This document shows positions 1 to 14,600 of a DNA stretch of 64,000 bases, piece by piece (the stretch's first letter is position 1; each line of letters opens with the position of its first letter). The notes under the pieces are model-generated. The model saw nothing but the letters and a program-made list of their open reading frames with translations, made no database searches and was not told where the DNA came from. Origin of the DNA: Phoronis australis (Eukaryota > Animalia > Phoronida); assembly GCA_002633005.1 (NCBI GenBank), contig NMRA01000122.1, positions 790,518-854,517 of the forward strand, in the 5' to 3' direction. Made by a program: the position numbers and the translations under genes.

Positions 1-99
1 CATCAGACGATTCCATTTCTCTTGGTAGAGGATCATGATCTTTGTCTACATCACTGTTGATACCGTCATCTCTCTCAGAATCGTCACCATTGTTATCTG

Positions 100-850
100 G
101 CTCTGTTTTGAATTGAACCTCTAGAATGAGCGCAGGGTGCATCTGTTCTCCACTGAATCAAATGATTTAAAATGCACCGTCAACATTTTCCCATCCATTG
201 GTGGGTATTCTGTCCAAGATTTGGAGATGAGCACTACCCCATAGTCTAGCAACAAATGCACTTCTATCCATGTGAAATGCTAGTTCAGCTTCACGCAGTG
301 GAATACTGCTGCCCTCGATGCTTTTAAACTTCTCAAATGGGTGCTTAGTATTACTTCGGTTTGTAAGTATTGTCAACCACACTGAACCGGTGCTTGTTTA
401 GTAGGACAAGTTTCTGTGCTCCATACAACACACAAAACAAAATCCTGCAAGATTTTGATGACTTCTTCTGTTGGAACATCGCGGTTCAATGAAGCAAAAG
501 CTCTCTGGAACTTATCACTTATTGCCACGATTGCATATGATCTGTTTCTTCCTTTCCTTACAAATGCACAGGTATAGCAACATCCAGTGAACGCGTGTAG
601 GCCAAGGTATTAGTTACGTTTAAATAACATAGAATGCCTTGCCCTCTAGTCCCAACCTCCATCCACACCATGGATGTACCTCAATGGACATGGTGTAGGA
701 ACAACACTAGAATGTTGGTGTCAGAACCTCTTATGACGATGTCGTCAGGTGTGGGCTTGTCTGCCTCGTTTATACGAAGGATGACTGATGTCGGCTTCTG
801 AGTAATTACAATTTACAGATGGAACTATCATTCTGTGCATACTTCTCCAT
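100..850 (-). mobile_element. Degenerate DNA transposon fragment with XPG-like nuclease motifs (Academ-like)
   Basis: Broken minus-strand frames give EADK, IVIRGSDTNILV (~708-745), LHAFTGCCYTCAFVRKG (~550-600) and IPLREAELAFHMDRSAFVARLW...PTNGW (ORF 167..382), resembling the EEAD / SxDTDV / HAxTGCDxxSxFxGKGK / LPP..L..H..R....W..P..GW motif series of transposon XPG-like proteins; stops and frameshifts present. Superfamily call is from motif recall. Confidence 0.55.
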
Positions 851-2791
851 CTTCAACAAACTACCAAGTGCACTCTCCCACCACTCTCCAATAAACTTCC
901 CTTTCATCTAGAAGTGTTTTAAACAATATACAAGGATTTTTTGTCTTAAGTTGTATTTTTGTTCAGTTCAAATATCGTTTTATCTATACCAGTAACCAGA
1001 ATTGTCGTATTTCCTCTTTTGTACAAGTTCATTTTTGGGGGTCTTGTTATACCCCAGGAAAAATGAAGTCTTAAGTGGTGATTATGGTGTCTACAGTTAC
1101 TAAGCTATCTTTTAAAAAAAGAACTTTTGTTCCCACTTACAAGTTGAAATAAATTGTTAACTGGCTGTTAATTAGTAGGCATCTTAATTAATAAACCCCA
1201 AGACACATCTTAACTGGCATCATTTTAATTTGAGTGATATGAATGAAATAAAATAGATTGTTGGGTCCTCTTTTGGACCACCCCAGGGACCGAAGCCCAG
1301 AATTGTGCAATTAAGACGCCCCTTTCCTTCAATGGAAGGTGACTTACAATAAGAATTATGCACTCAAACCTTTTGCACTCGAAAGTGTAAATAAAGTCCT
1401 GCTGGTTGGTCTTTTGGTTAGCATCACTTGTGCTGGAGTAAGTACTTCGTGATAACCTAAAATGACTACTCACTACTCCAAAAACATAACTTAGACGGAA
1501 ATTTTACAGCTATGAGAAAAAAAGTATGAAAAAGTAGGAAATATTAGGAATTTCAGAAAAAAGTAGGAAAAGCAGGAACAAGCCAAAAAGTAGGAAAAGT
1601 AGGAACGCTTGAAAGCCTGCCATTATGATATGCATTCATATAGTAAAAACTCATACGAATTGGATCCAACCAAATCCACACATTATGGGACAGTTCATGA
1701 ATATTTTGTTGAATGGAAGGTGGTGCGTGTTAGTCTTGGGGACACCATTATTTAGTGCATAAAACGTCAGCCATCCCCTAGCTGTTATTTAAACTTTTCG
1801 TGAATTGTATGCTAACTTGTGTAACAGAGCAAGTCTCCAGTGAACATCAAAAATGTGTATTTCACCTCGTCACGCGTACGTTTCAGTTCAGTTACACATG
1901 ATAACGATCAATTTCATATAGGCAAAGGAAGGAAACACCCTTTCTCCTAAGCCTGTCGCTAGCAAAGTGCCCAACACATACAGTCGCGCCCGCATGCCCA
2001 CGTAACAAAGGCGCACTGAGACGCAACAAAGACATTAGCATAAGAATAACTGAACAATTACAACTAAATAAGAATAACAATAAGTGTAAAGTTTCTAACG
2101 TCCCGTCACACTTGGAAGGTGGAATCCATCTTATTATAATTGTAGGGCAAAGTGCGCAAACCAGAACAACTTCATCATGTTTGAGTTAGCAAAGATTTGC
2201 GTATTTCAGATGCTTCTTTTTACAACAGAATCTGCAAACTGTCTTTTCGATAATACCAACTAACTTGTTAATGAACCCATGGGTTACTTGCAAATTTGAA
2301 AATGCAAAATCTGAAAGGAAAGATGACTTTTGTTTGTACGATGCACCTCACAAGAACATATAACACTCAATGTGCAGTTTTATTCCTCTGTATCATCTTG
2401 GCACAAAAATCAGGTAATTTTAGCCACAAAATGTGACTGTTCTTAAAGTTGCTGAATCATTCTTTTTACTATTTTTTGTTTGGTTATGGTTTTGGAATTG
2501 AAAGTAGGCATGATTTTACAAATTTTCAGTTTTGAACTTTTTCAACAAATGTGTCTATGTTTAATCAACTTAACAGACTTAGACAAAAGCATGCGATCTG
2601 ACAACCATGGCTTTTTCTGGGACACTGGTAAAAATTTTCAGGAACTTAGAGAATGCAAGGACATGTGGTTTTGGTGATTTTTTTGTACATTAATCAAAGA
2701 TAATCTGACTCGAGTGAGTCGAACTTGAATACGTCAGGCTTCTGCACATTTTACTGTATTTAGTTTGCTTATCGTGCATGTGCTATTGTAG

Positions 2792-5700
2792 GTGCGGGTC
2801 ACTTGTCTGACGCACTGGTCAGTAGACGATGGACAGTGTTGTCAGTGCGCAGACTGATGACTGGTATTGGTCTGTTGGGGCCTGGCATATTCTTGCTCTT
2901 CTTCAGTGCTGTTAATAACCTTCCCCTCGCTGTTATGTAAGTAAAGGGCTTGCTACATTTTCTACTTTAATGTGTAGCTGTCTGAGAAAATAGGCCTGCC
3001 CTCTTACCGATACAAAATCAATGTCAAAATTTTCTTCACCATGGTTGGATTTCATTCTGTTGCCATGAAGAACCTCCAAAGAAGTCAACGCTTCAGAAAA
3101 TCATGAGCTGGCAAGCCGTAATAGAATTTGACACATTCAGTTTTATTATCTCTCAATCCAAGTGAATGTCATGGCAACAATTTTTTCATCTAATGGATTA
3201 ATTACCATATTTGAAGAGAGGGATCTCTTGCAGAATGGTTTTACTAATGTTGTTTGAACTTCACTGTCAGTTCCCTTTTGGTTACTGTTAGGATTCATGG
3301 CTTCATATATGTGTGATGTTTCTGTAATTTTCTGATTAAAAGCGCGACAAACCCACCTTCCAACACAAAAGACCACTTTTGATTTAGACCAATTACTGTT
3401 GTGAAATTGCTCTAAAATAATTCATTAGTTGAATTGGAGGTAATATCAAGACTTCGTAACAAGTTACAGTTAGTGGAATGCAGGTTTACCGCTTTAACTA
3501 ATTTATTGTCACATTTCATCATTTGGTAAATTTTTTAACAGGTTAAGTATTTGAAGTGTGGTGTTCGAAACTGTAATTTGTTTACAGCCGTACTTCATCA
3601 CAATTTTTGAGCAGTTTCAAAGTGTTACTTATGCTTTGAAACTCGGGGTACATTGTAAAATGTTACCATTAAATGTCATACTATCACTATCACTTTAGTA
3701 ATTCATCTTCATTCATACAGTTCAATAGTTCATTCATGTTTCTCACTTTCAGATGTGTTTCAATATCCATGGGACTGAGTGCGTGTAATTCATCTGGTCA
3801 TCTCGCCAATCACGCTGATGTAGCGCCCAATCATGCAGGGATCACATTCGCCATCTCTAATACATTAGTACGTATTGGCCAAGTTGTGATGCATGTTTAA
3901 ACTTGTAGATTTTGTGTCAACTGTCACCGTTTTCACTAAATCCCATTCAGTGTCTTGAAGCTAGTCAGTATGTCATCAGACATTCACCGATGTTTTATGC
4001 ATGCTTAAAAGAGGCCTGAACTACATGTTTTTAAGCATTTTCATATGAATTTTGAAAGTATAAAGGTTGTTTACTGGCATCCACATATTCCTAAATTGTG
4101 CTCAGTATTTTTTTTACTTTGAAAAGTAAAAAAATTATTAGTTCTGTAAAGCCCCACTGCAAGCGCTGTTTTTCGTGACGTCACTGAAGCTGTAGAGCAC
4201 AAAGAGATATAGGTCATTAGCCGTGCAAGTACGTAGTCCAGATGACAGATCAACACGTGCATACTCACAACCTTTTTCGTTTTTCTTTCCTGTGACTTTG
4301 ATTCATCCCAGGATCTAGCCATCCAGCTAGCTACATGAAGACTATCTTCAAAATACAACTAGGTATCAGTAGCAGTGTGTGTGTTGAGCTCTGTTAGACT
4401 CCGAAATTTCACATAGCCCGGGTAGTTCTGCTCGTCACCTCGTCGCCAAACTTATATTAACATGTAGAGCTCTAAACCGGCAGGAGAGCGTGCAAATATC
4501 TGGGTGTCAACCGACACTCACCTTGCCTGCCGGAGCCATTTAAGTGAAAAACAATCTAGTAAACGTTATTTTATTTCATAATTCTCAGCCTTTTGTAACA
4601 AAGAAAGCAATACGCTCAATACACGCTATTTCCTAAAATTTTGCGACATTTGTCGGGAAATGATGACAGCTTCGCAAGAGCAAAATTTTTTATGAAATTT
4701 GGTTTCCTGGTATTAAAATACTAAAACCTGGTAAGGAAATGAAATCAGCTCTAGTAATTTGTTGTGACATGTACACAACTTCATAGAACAGTTCGATCGC
4801 TTGGAAGAAGAACAACTCGGGGAATGAAACTGGCCAATAAGGCAACAGGGGACGTCGCCGAAAGCCGACCTTAAAGAGCGCACCCAAATTTTAGCAGCAG
4901 AGTGATCAGCAGAACGCCAGCTTTTTCAACACCAGTCAATAATTTAGTTTACTTAAGGAAGAGTGTAATTTTTAATGACACTAATTTTGTGCCAGATTTT
5001 ATTTGATCAGTTCTTACCCACGCCGGTGCAACGGCCGCTGTATATTTACTATACAGCTTGCACCAAGGCAAAGCTACGCAGTCAGGGCCCTTTCCTGGCC
5101 AGTGCCGAGAACGGCATCGTTCCACGTATAATAGTGAACACTACACGGCAGTAAACTTGTATTATGAACTTTTGAGAGCCGAGATTGCTGACGAATTATA
5201 CACTTTAAGCACAGTTCTGTAGCCAAGAGCCATTCACCCAATGAGCTACATACAGATTTATCTCATTGCCTTCACCCACCGACGGTACAGCCTCAGTGAC
5301 GTCAGACGCGCGTTAGCCAATAGGAATTAACATTGGAAAAATGCTTTTTTACAAAAATGTGAAAGAGTAACACAGATGTGATTTCTGATATAGACTTTAT
5401 TCATCAATTAAATTACATTAAAAATGCATGTTATTGTACTTCAGGAACCTTTTAAGACAGAACTCGGTAGTAGCACTTTTTGATGAAATAGCGACCCCTT
5501 GAAATGAGCTGTGTAGCTAGGTGATTATAGAGGTTTCACAGAATGGATGTTCAGTGCCACATAAACACTGTGTATGCTGTGGAGATTAAAACAGTGGAAT
5601 TTTACAGATTTTTGAGTACGGTTTCAACAGTAGTCAGTGTCTCGTCTTCAAGCTCGCTCTTTACCAATATAAGGAGTTTTATATGCCAGTTTGGCCATTA

Positions 5701-5978
5701 TTTTCCTTTGGATGTTTCTTTAGTCTCATTCACTTTTCACACTGAAATTAAACAACAATTCATGCATTTAATGCCATGTACGAGAGTCTATATGTAGATA
5801 CATGTTTTGTCATTTATTTCAGGCTACAATTCCCGGTATTTTGTGCGGACCACTCACGGCAGAGTTTGTCACTCAGTCGCACGGACGTTGGTTTCCTGTG
5901 TTCATCATCTCGGCGTTTGTGAACTTTGTCGGAGGCATTATTTATCTAAGTCAGAGTGCAGCCAGTCAGATCTTATAG
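2792..5978 (+). CDS. SLC17-family (anion:cation symporter, MFS) transporter, last three coding exons; 5' part lies outside the window
   Basis: Exons 2792-2936, 3753-3867, 5823-5978 with AG/GT boundaries and matching phases; spliced peptide AGHLSDALVSRRWTVLSVRRLMTGIGLLGPG...NHADVAPNHAGITFAISNTLATIPGILCGPLT...WFPVF...* matches the SLC17 C-terminal helices (DxAPxxAG..F..SNT..T.PG motif). Confidence 0.88.
4062..5452. mobile_element. Degenerate non-autonomous DNA transposon (Kolobok-like) in SLC17 intron
   Basis: Ends TAAAGGTT / AACCTTTTAA; subterminal inverted pair TGACGTCACTGAAGCTGTA (~4176) and TACAGCCTCAGTGACGTCA (~5286); segment ~4457-4530 recurs inverted at ~51150-51220. Confidence 0.5.
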
Positions 5979-6739
5979 TAGTACTTCGAGTGTCGTCCTT
6001 TGTGAGATTACGACTGTGTAGTTTACACCCAGTCAGCTAGGAGATCTAAGGCCAGGGACAATGAAAGCAATTGCTCTATATCGATCTATCTTCTCAGTTT
6101 ATAGCAAAGGCTGCTTCAGGAGGATTGGGTTGGTCAGATTTGAATGACTAGGGCGTGTTTTGTAATCTTCTATTCATTCAAAGTCTAATGATGATAAACA
6201 AATTCTTCGTTTTCTACTAAGAGACATGCTAATACTAATGGACTGAGTTACTTAAAAAGATTCATGTTAAGAATATTGGCCAGTAATCACAGAACAGTCC
6301 GAGGTAAAACACCTGAAAGCACACCTAATATAGTCGATGCCTTTTTAAAAGATGGTTGTAAAAAGATCATTAAACTAAGTGCCTAAAGAGTGATATGGAA
6401 TTATTTTATTCTATGGCCAGAATTTGCATTGCTTAACAAAAGTTATGGTTTGCTTAATGCTGGAAAATGCCACAAATGTTTAAAGTTTACACCTTTTAAA
6501 TACTCTCGCACGTCTGAAAATTATCTCAACTCCTCACTGGCTTAATGTGTACCAGTATTGTGGGTGTGAAACATGGTTCTTATCCATCCATGAAAAATGA
6601 GGCTCGTAGACATGCGTTTTCCTGCCTGGAAGCGTGGTATACAATACGCTGCATACTAGACATAGACCGAGACCACCCTCTTCTCTATTCATAGTGCAAG
6701 GCATCTGCTTGATCCATAGTATTGTTTATAAGAGATAAG

Positions 6740-7000
6740 AAATATGCAACAGTGGCTAAAAGCATACCTTATACAAGAGCTGAAAGGAAAGCCACTGTGT
6801 TGGAATTTAATAAGTCAGCTGTCATGGATCACACTAACAAGAATAATCATGTGATAGATTCATCAAACGTAGCCCTGGTTGACAAGGATGCAGTGGATTA
6901 CAGGAGAAAAATTAGGGAGTCTGGATTAAGCAGATGCCTTATGTTATGAATAGAGATGAGGGTTGTATCCCTCTTAGTCTAGTTTACAGCGCAGTTTTCC
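6740..7000 (+). mobile_element. Penelope-like element remnant (GIY-YIG endonuclease C-terminus)
   Basis: ORF 6722..6949 contains KSAVMDHTNKNNHVIDSSNVALVDKD...RRKIRES, and after a frameshift MNRDEG follows (~6946), matching the SAxxDH..NH.IDW...R.I.EA...MNRDEG pattern. Confidence 0.65.
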
Positions 7001-7784
7001 ACGCCATCTGGTGGGGAAAAATAGATACCGCTGCTTAATTTGCATGGACAGTAAACAAGACAAATGCTTCACTATAAAGTCTACTTTCTTAATGGAGTTG
7101 TTTACCGAGTGTTGTGGGTTTCAAAACTATGTGACGGGGAAAATTTTTCATGTCACAAGTCGCACAGTAATGGAAGGCCTCATCAGGAGTCATCAGTTTC
7201 GTTCATCTAAAAATATTTCAAATGTTTTAGAATGTGAAAATTGTGCAGTGAAACATTTTAAGTGTAGAATTTATCTTCAATTTTTACCGCCGTATCTCAT
7301 TGTCAGTTTTAGGAACAGCTGATAAAAATTGGAAGAGGAATTTGAAATAAAGTTTCATCAGTTTTTCCAATTACTTGATGTATCCAAGTAATATGGCTTT
7401 CTAAAAACTACGGAGCATTCTGGAAAGTTGTGTTAAATTTCTCTATAATGGGGTGTGTTGCCAAAGTTTTTTTGAAAAAGAACTGAAGCTGCTCTGAACA
7501 TGCGTTCCAATGAGACTTAACACTTGATTTGAACCACATACGATGTACTTTTATATAAATGATCTCAACTAGTTTCTTGTGTAAATTACATTAGTAAGTT
7601 CTGGGCTTGGAAAGACCTGATAATTCATTATTCTAAAATTTACGCTCAGCAAATAAAATGACTGACCTGCTGGGTAAAGCCTACTTATTGAGTGTTGTGT
7701 TATATTAGACAAGTACGTTCACGTGCAGCAAGATGGTGTATTTAGGAGAATCCAGCGGTCGTCTTGACTATGAAACTGACTACA

Positions 7785-7957
7785 CAGTAAAATCGTGTTA
7801 CAACAAATCCTCCAAGAAGTTTCCACGACATTCCTTGTAACTGAAGTTCACTGTAACTAAATCTTGTAAACAGTGTATTGGGTTCGAGACTTTAGAAATA
7901 GAACATTATATGCGAGGGTACGTTGCAAATCAGTTTTGTTGTAACGCAGTTTGACTG
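7785..7957. mobile_element. Short Tc1/mariner-pogo-type MITE
   Basis: Imperfect TIRs CAGTAAAATCGTGTTACAAC / GTTGTAACGCAGTTTGACTG, right end followed by TA. Confidence 0.45.
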
Positions 7958-8662
7958 TATTTAATGTTATTTATTTATGTTAATGCAATATATATATTTT
8001 TGTCATTGACAATCTAGATCCATTTTCACTTATGAAAAAATCTCATAATTTACTCATTGGGATCTACACAAATTGCCGTACTACACGAATAAGTTTCAGG
8101 AACAATGCCAAATTCAGTTCTTAAAAACATCACTTTATTATAAAAAACTTACAGATAATACATTTATACACATATTTGAAGATATTAATTTGATGGTCTT
8201 ATGTTTTGTTCAATCAAAAGAAACTTTTGGATACTATAATTCATGTACTGTTCACCAAAATGTTTTTAGGAATTGTTTTAAATGTAGGGGCAATTAAATA
8301 CTTGGACTTGATTTTCAAGAAAAAGTTCAGAAGCTGCATACAAAGCTAACAGCGCTCTTGACATTTCATCTTGAATATTCATATCATCTACAGGCACAGA
8401 AAAGTAGACATTTTATAAAGTACTCTGTGCAGGATGTGAACTCAAAATGGACACAATTTGTAAGCTTTTTAAAAATGTTAAGAATAATGAAAAATACTAT
8501 TATGTCACATGGTACCAATTTGAAACACGTCTAATTAATACAATGCACCATCAAATTAAAACTTCCAGAGTTATACAAACAACTCTAAATAGCATCTTCT
8601 TAAGGCTAACATGCTTAACTACAGAATAGAAGACTGGCTGCTCCGTCATACACATCAGATCA

Positions 8663-11600
8663 CTACTTCCTCAGCATTGCTTTACCAGCACCTTCGTTTG
8701 CGAGAGAATCAGCAGCCTCATTACCTTGTATACCACTGTGGCCAGCAACATGCACCTAGACAAAATGGAATGTTATTTGAACCTTTTCACAGTAAGTCAT
8801 CGACAAATTAATGGAGAGAAATAGCCGTGACCTGAAATCGACTCCAATCTTGCCGAAGTATGAAAACACGCTGTACAACTACTGCACAAGTTTTCAAAAG
8901 ATTGGATCTCTGACACACTTCTCCACTGAATTATACATGTAAAGAATGACGCATTGTCCCCCATCATTTTTTGCAGCACACTGAGTAACAGTAAAACATC
9001 ATTGGTATCAGACAGATAAAATAATAAGAGCGCTCAGAGGAGTGACACTTGGCGAAATTAACCGAAAAGATGACGATGGGGAGGACGACAATGAAGGCAG
9101 CAATTAAGAACAACACAATAACATTCATGTGACTAGCGAAGAAATCAATAAGAAATAGACTGCAGTCTTTTTCAATAGCCGCTAAACTGACAACAGTGCA
9201 AGAGCGCTCGGAGGAGTGACACTTGGCGAAATTAACCGAAAAGACGACGATGGGGAGGAGGACGACGACAACGAGGATGACAATGAAGTTTGCGATTATG
9301 AACAACACAATAACATTCATGTGACTGTCAAAGAAATCAGTAAGAATTAGGCTGCAGTCTTGTTCAATAGCTGGTAAACTGACAACAGTGCAGCACAATG
9401 GGCCAACAAAGGAACAGCGTTTTCAGACAATCTCGAATAATTCCGCCAAGTAACAAAGGAACAGCGCTATCAGAAAATCTCGAATAACCCGAAGTAGATG
9501 TCCTAGCGAAAAATGAAAAACATCTTCTGAAAGCCCGTTCAAAACTCTATCGAACTGTGCAGATTTTTGATCGGTTAATATACATCAGAAAAAATCCCGG
9601 AACACAAATATATTACCAAAAATCACCAAATTTGACAGTCCTCCTCGAAGTTACTACTTCCCTGCAAGTGCTGGAAAAATCTGACAACAGATTCGGAATG
9701 TTCATACTCTCTAGATTTTGACTATGTGGTCATAGTAAGCCCCTTACCACCTACTTTTTTGGCAAGTTTCATCTGTCTGACAGCCACCTGAAATCGCACC
9801 CGGTTTCTCGGACAGCAGACGACAGGGGTTGATTGCAAATGACAGCAACCAGTTTGAATCAAAAGTAGGTAAAAACTTGGGCTTTTCTCATTCAAAAACA
9901 CAAGTAAATCACTTTCCTGGCATCTGCTTACAACAAATTCCTCGAACAACCAGCCAAACCTGACACACACCCTCAACATAAAAGTTACTTCTAGGGACAA
10001 GAAATCCCCCGTGGCCATGGCCTGACTGTTCAGAGCTACCTACAGTCCTGAGCGATACTAGGCGAACTTCACGACGATGATGTTTATGATGATGAAAGTG
10101 GCGAGAATGACTTGCGAAGATGTAAGGAATCAGTAAGAAATAGGCTACAGTCTTGAGCGACGATGGATATGATGACGATGGATATGACGACGATGGATAT
10201 GACGAAGATGATTATGATGATGATAGTGGGGATTATGAACAACACCATAAGTCACATGACTAGCGAAGATGTCAGAAATCAGTAAGAAATAGGCTACTGT
10301 TTTGTTCAATAGACGCTAAACTAAACCAACATTAGTGCAGCAAGACCGGTCAACAAAGGAGCAGCCCTATCAGAAAATCTCAAATAATTCAAAAAGTAGA
10401 CGTCCTAGCGAAACATTGTAAATATCTTCTGAAAGCCCGCTCAAAATGCTATCTAATCTGGAAGTTTTGCAAAATTCCATAAACTTTTAGAAAAAATTGC
10501 GTTTTTTTGAAATTCAAAATCACATAACTCGAAAACGATAAGTCTGAGAAACATGTTATGGCTAAACTTTTGAAAGAGCATACTTCAAGGAATCCACATG
10601 TAAAAATTCACGCCATTTGCTCTTCCCGTTAAAAATGCGACCGCAGAACGATTGAAAATGGATAAAAATGCACCACAGCCGCCATCTTGAAAGTGACTTC
10701 CGGTTAAACAAAATTAAAAGCAATGAATACCTGATGAGTTTGAAAATGATTGATTCGCCAATGCGCCCTTAGGAGAAAACGTTTTCGGCCAGATATCAAG
10801 GTGCGCATGCGCCACTGCCGATATTTCCGCCATCTTTGACCGGAAGTTAACTATTTAGAGCACAGTTGTAGTACTTGCGTGGTATAATAATTGTACCAAC
10901 CTTCAGCCCTGTATGTCAAAAAATGCGGCCTCTATGATCATTTGAATCTGAATCCGGAAACAAAATGGCCGCCACGTCCGCCATTTTGAATCTGATCATG
11001 ACCAAAAACAATAGGCATTCTGGACTTCTAGATCTACATGTGGTGTGCGAATTTCGTGCGAATCGGACGAAAATTGCGACCTGTAGAGTGCGAACAAACA
11101 AAAATGAAAGCGCTAAAGATGATGATGAAGATGACGAATATGTCAACAATGGTGGCGAGGATGAATAATAGAAGTAATAATAACATACACATGACGAACG
11201 TAGAAGTCCGAAATCAGTAAGAAATAGGCTACAGTCTTGAGCGACACTTGGCGAAATTAACTGAAAAGACAACGACGGAGATTATGACGAAGATGATGAC
11301 GAAGATGACGAATATGATGATGGTGGGGGCGATGATGAACAAACATCATGACATTCATATGACGAACTTAGATGTCATAAATCGGTAAGAAATAGGCTAC
11401 AGTTTTGTTGAATTGAAGCTTAACCAACATCAATGCAGTAAGAGCGCTCAACAAAGGAACAGCGCTATCAGAAAATCTCGAATAATTCGAAAAGTAGACG
11501 TCGTAGCGGAAAACGGAAAAGTTCTTCTGAAAGCCCGTTCAAAACTCTATCTAAATTGATATTATCACACAATTCCGTAAATTTTTTGAAAAAAAAATGA

Positions 11601-14600
11601 AATATTGCATTTTTTAAGAAATTAAAAGTCAAATAACTCGAAAACGGTAAGTCTGAGAAAAAAATTGCTAGAGGTCATTTGAAAGGCTATACTTCAAAGA
11701 ATCCACATGCAAAAATTTACGTCATTCTCTTTTCCCGTTTAAAATGGCACTCCAGCACGACTGAAAATAGGTCAACATGGGCCAAATCCGCCATCTTGGA
11801 AGCAACTTCTGGTTTTTTAGATCTGAATAATAGAATGTCATAAGAAACTAACACCTGCAAAAATTTGGAGGAATTGCCCCTATAATGAGCCCTCTACAGG
11901 AGAAAATGTTTTTTTCCCAAAATCGAGATGCGCATGCTGGATTGCCGATATTTCTGCCACATTTAACCAGAAGTTAACAATTTCCGGTACAGATGTAGCA
12001 CGCGCCCTCTTCAATAATTGTACCGATTCTCAGCGCTGTACGTACAAAATTATAGCTTCCAGGAGCATTTGAATCTTAAAATGGAAACAAAATGGCTGCC
12101 ATATCCGCCATCTTGGATCCGATTACGACGAAAAACAATAGGCTTCCAGGACTTCTGAAACTACGTATTATGTGTAAATTTCGTGATGATCGGACGAAAA
12201 TTGCGACCTGTATCGTGCGAACAAACAAAAAAAATTAGTGACAGACCAACATACTTGTCGGAATTCAAAGAATTACGCCAAGTAAAAATTATGCTGTGAA
12301 TGTCAGTGAGAGAAGTGCATTACAAATGTGCTGCAGTGTAAGTAATTAGCATAGAATGGAGAGTGGCACTGTGGTAGTTTAGGATCTGCTATCAACACAA
12401 GCTACGCATCTGTTGCAAAGTAATGCTTACATAAAGACTACCATTCCCGAGATATTCTGTTCAAGCTATGCATCTGTTGCCAAGTAATGCTTACATATTT
12501 GACTACCATTCTCCGAGATATTCTGTCAAGTTCCTCAAAATCTTCTCGGTTAATAACTTGTTTTCCATCAACGAGTTTCCAACCATTATATTTCCATTTC
12601 TTTATCCATTTGGTCATGCCTGTAAATGTTAGCAAGATGGGGTCAGTGCTCCTTAGTAAAAAATTCATAGAAATCTGAGAATACAAAGCCTGTCATCTTT
12701 GATGAATATTAACTTTGTTAAATGCCCTGGCTTGAGCGGTTCTTGCAACAGAATAGAATGGCATAATGAATAAAACTAAAAAAAAAAACATTAAAAGCTG
12801 CACATCACACTGTTCATTTGGCTAAAAAAGAAAATCAAAATGTGTCTTTCACTCTCATAATATTCTTAACCCTCTGATGATAGGATTATTTTTCTGTTAC
12901 CAACAAGTATGTTGAAACCAGGAACCCAAGAAAACATTCCAAAATTAATAAATAACTTTTGAAATAGCAGCACCATATTGAAATGCACTGTCCCATCAGA
13001 TGGTGGACAACCAATCAGCGCCACCTACAGGTCCCATATAATGTGAACAGGAGTTCTCAAACTACTGTATCAGGTATAAACAGGGTTTTAACATCACGTT
13101 CCTATTGCCAAGAAGATTCCGCTACAAAGCCAGTGGCTGAGGTTGATGAAGCGGGAGAATTTCAATCCCAACCGGTGTCAAAAACCTAAAACAAGAACAA
13201 CGTGGAGCGTTGAAATACGCCCACGAATGCTTTGCAAATTGTGTGCTTTTAGGGTTATTTATTTGTATCATAAAAATGCCCACTAGATGGCGCAAAAACA
13301 TAAAATCCATCCAAAAACAGGAACATGCCATATTTCATAAAAATCTGTCAACGAACTTCAGAGAAACAAAGGCAAACAGAATAAAATGAAATTGCCACTA
13401 TTGGCACAGTGTCCATTGGATCCGCCTGAAAGTCGTCGTCTATTGTTATCTTCATACAAATACACTTACTAAACTTAGTAAAGATCCTGCAGTGGGTTTA
13501 AGAGATACAACTATGGGCGCAAAACAAAACTACCACTAGGAGGCGCCACAGCAGTCAGTCACCATCATCAAAGGTCGTCTTCACACCAATTTTACAGTGG
13601 TGGACACCAAAAACAAGATTTGAAAACAGCAAAAATGGCCACTAGATGATGCAAAATACCTCGATTCCATCCAAAAACAGGAAGATAGCATCATCACACC
13701 AATAGATGCATATATTTAAAATTTTATGAAAATCTGTTGCGGACCTTTGAAGAGTTAAATGTAAAAAAATAAAATTGCCACTAGGGGGCACATCCTCTGA
13801 TAACACAGGAAGTCCGTTGTCTATTGTTGGCTAGGGAAACGGGAAACTTGTGAGTTCTGATCCAAACTCATGTTCAGAACGTCGTCTGATGAGTCCCTGG
13901 TTGTACCTGCCTATCAAAGCAAACAGGCCTGCAAGTTCTCAGGGACATCAAATTGGCGAAAGTTTTCGATTAATCAATTCTGAAAAAATTCAAAATCCTA
14001 TAACTAACAATAATTCATAATGAAGTTTTCTTGTGTATACAATGTTACGTTTGATAAACTAAAACTTAAACAGGTTGAAAGATAATAACTTTTTGAACTT
14101 TATATCAAGTGTGTCAAAAGTGATTAAAACAAAGTTAAAGCCTATCTTGAACTGTCAGAGCCAACCAGTGCCATAAATTGCCAAATGTAACGAATAGTAT
14201 AGGATTGCTTTTGTCTATGTAACCGCAAGAATCACCTTTTAATTCAAACAGCTGCAAATAACACCCGCACACAATGGTGTTCTATTCAGACCTCTATTCA
14301 ATACAACTGTTATCGGCCTTTTGTTGTTTGATCAGGGATCTCGCGGTGACACAACATGGCACAAAAAGGAAGCTTCACCGATCATTTGACGGGCTAACAT
14401 TTGCATGACTGAACTCGTGTTTTCTTATTTTACCAAGGCTTTGCTAGGACTATCTGGTTAGCCCAATATATCTAAAGTAACAAAATTCCGTTGAAGTTAG
14501 CCTTTAAATACTATAATTATCAAAAATTTGGCAAATTGGCACAATTAACTGCAAACTTATACATGCAATGGGGGTTATTATTGCAGTCAGATTTATGAAA

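Noticed and set aside
8964-9398. 144 aa hydrophobic ORF as a membrane protein
   Set aside because: Antisense reading of GAY-rich tandem repeat units within the HINE-type composite.
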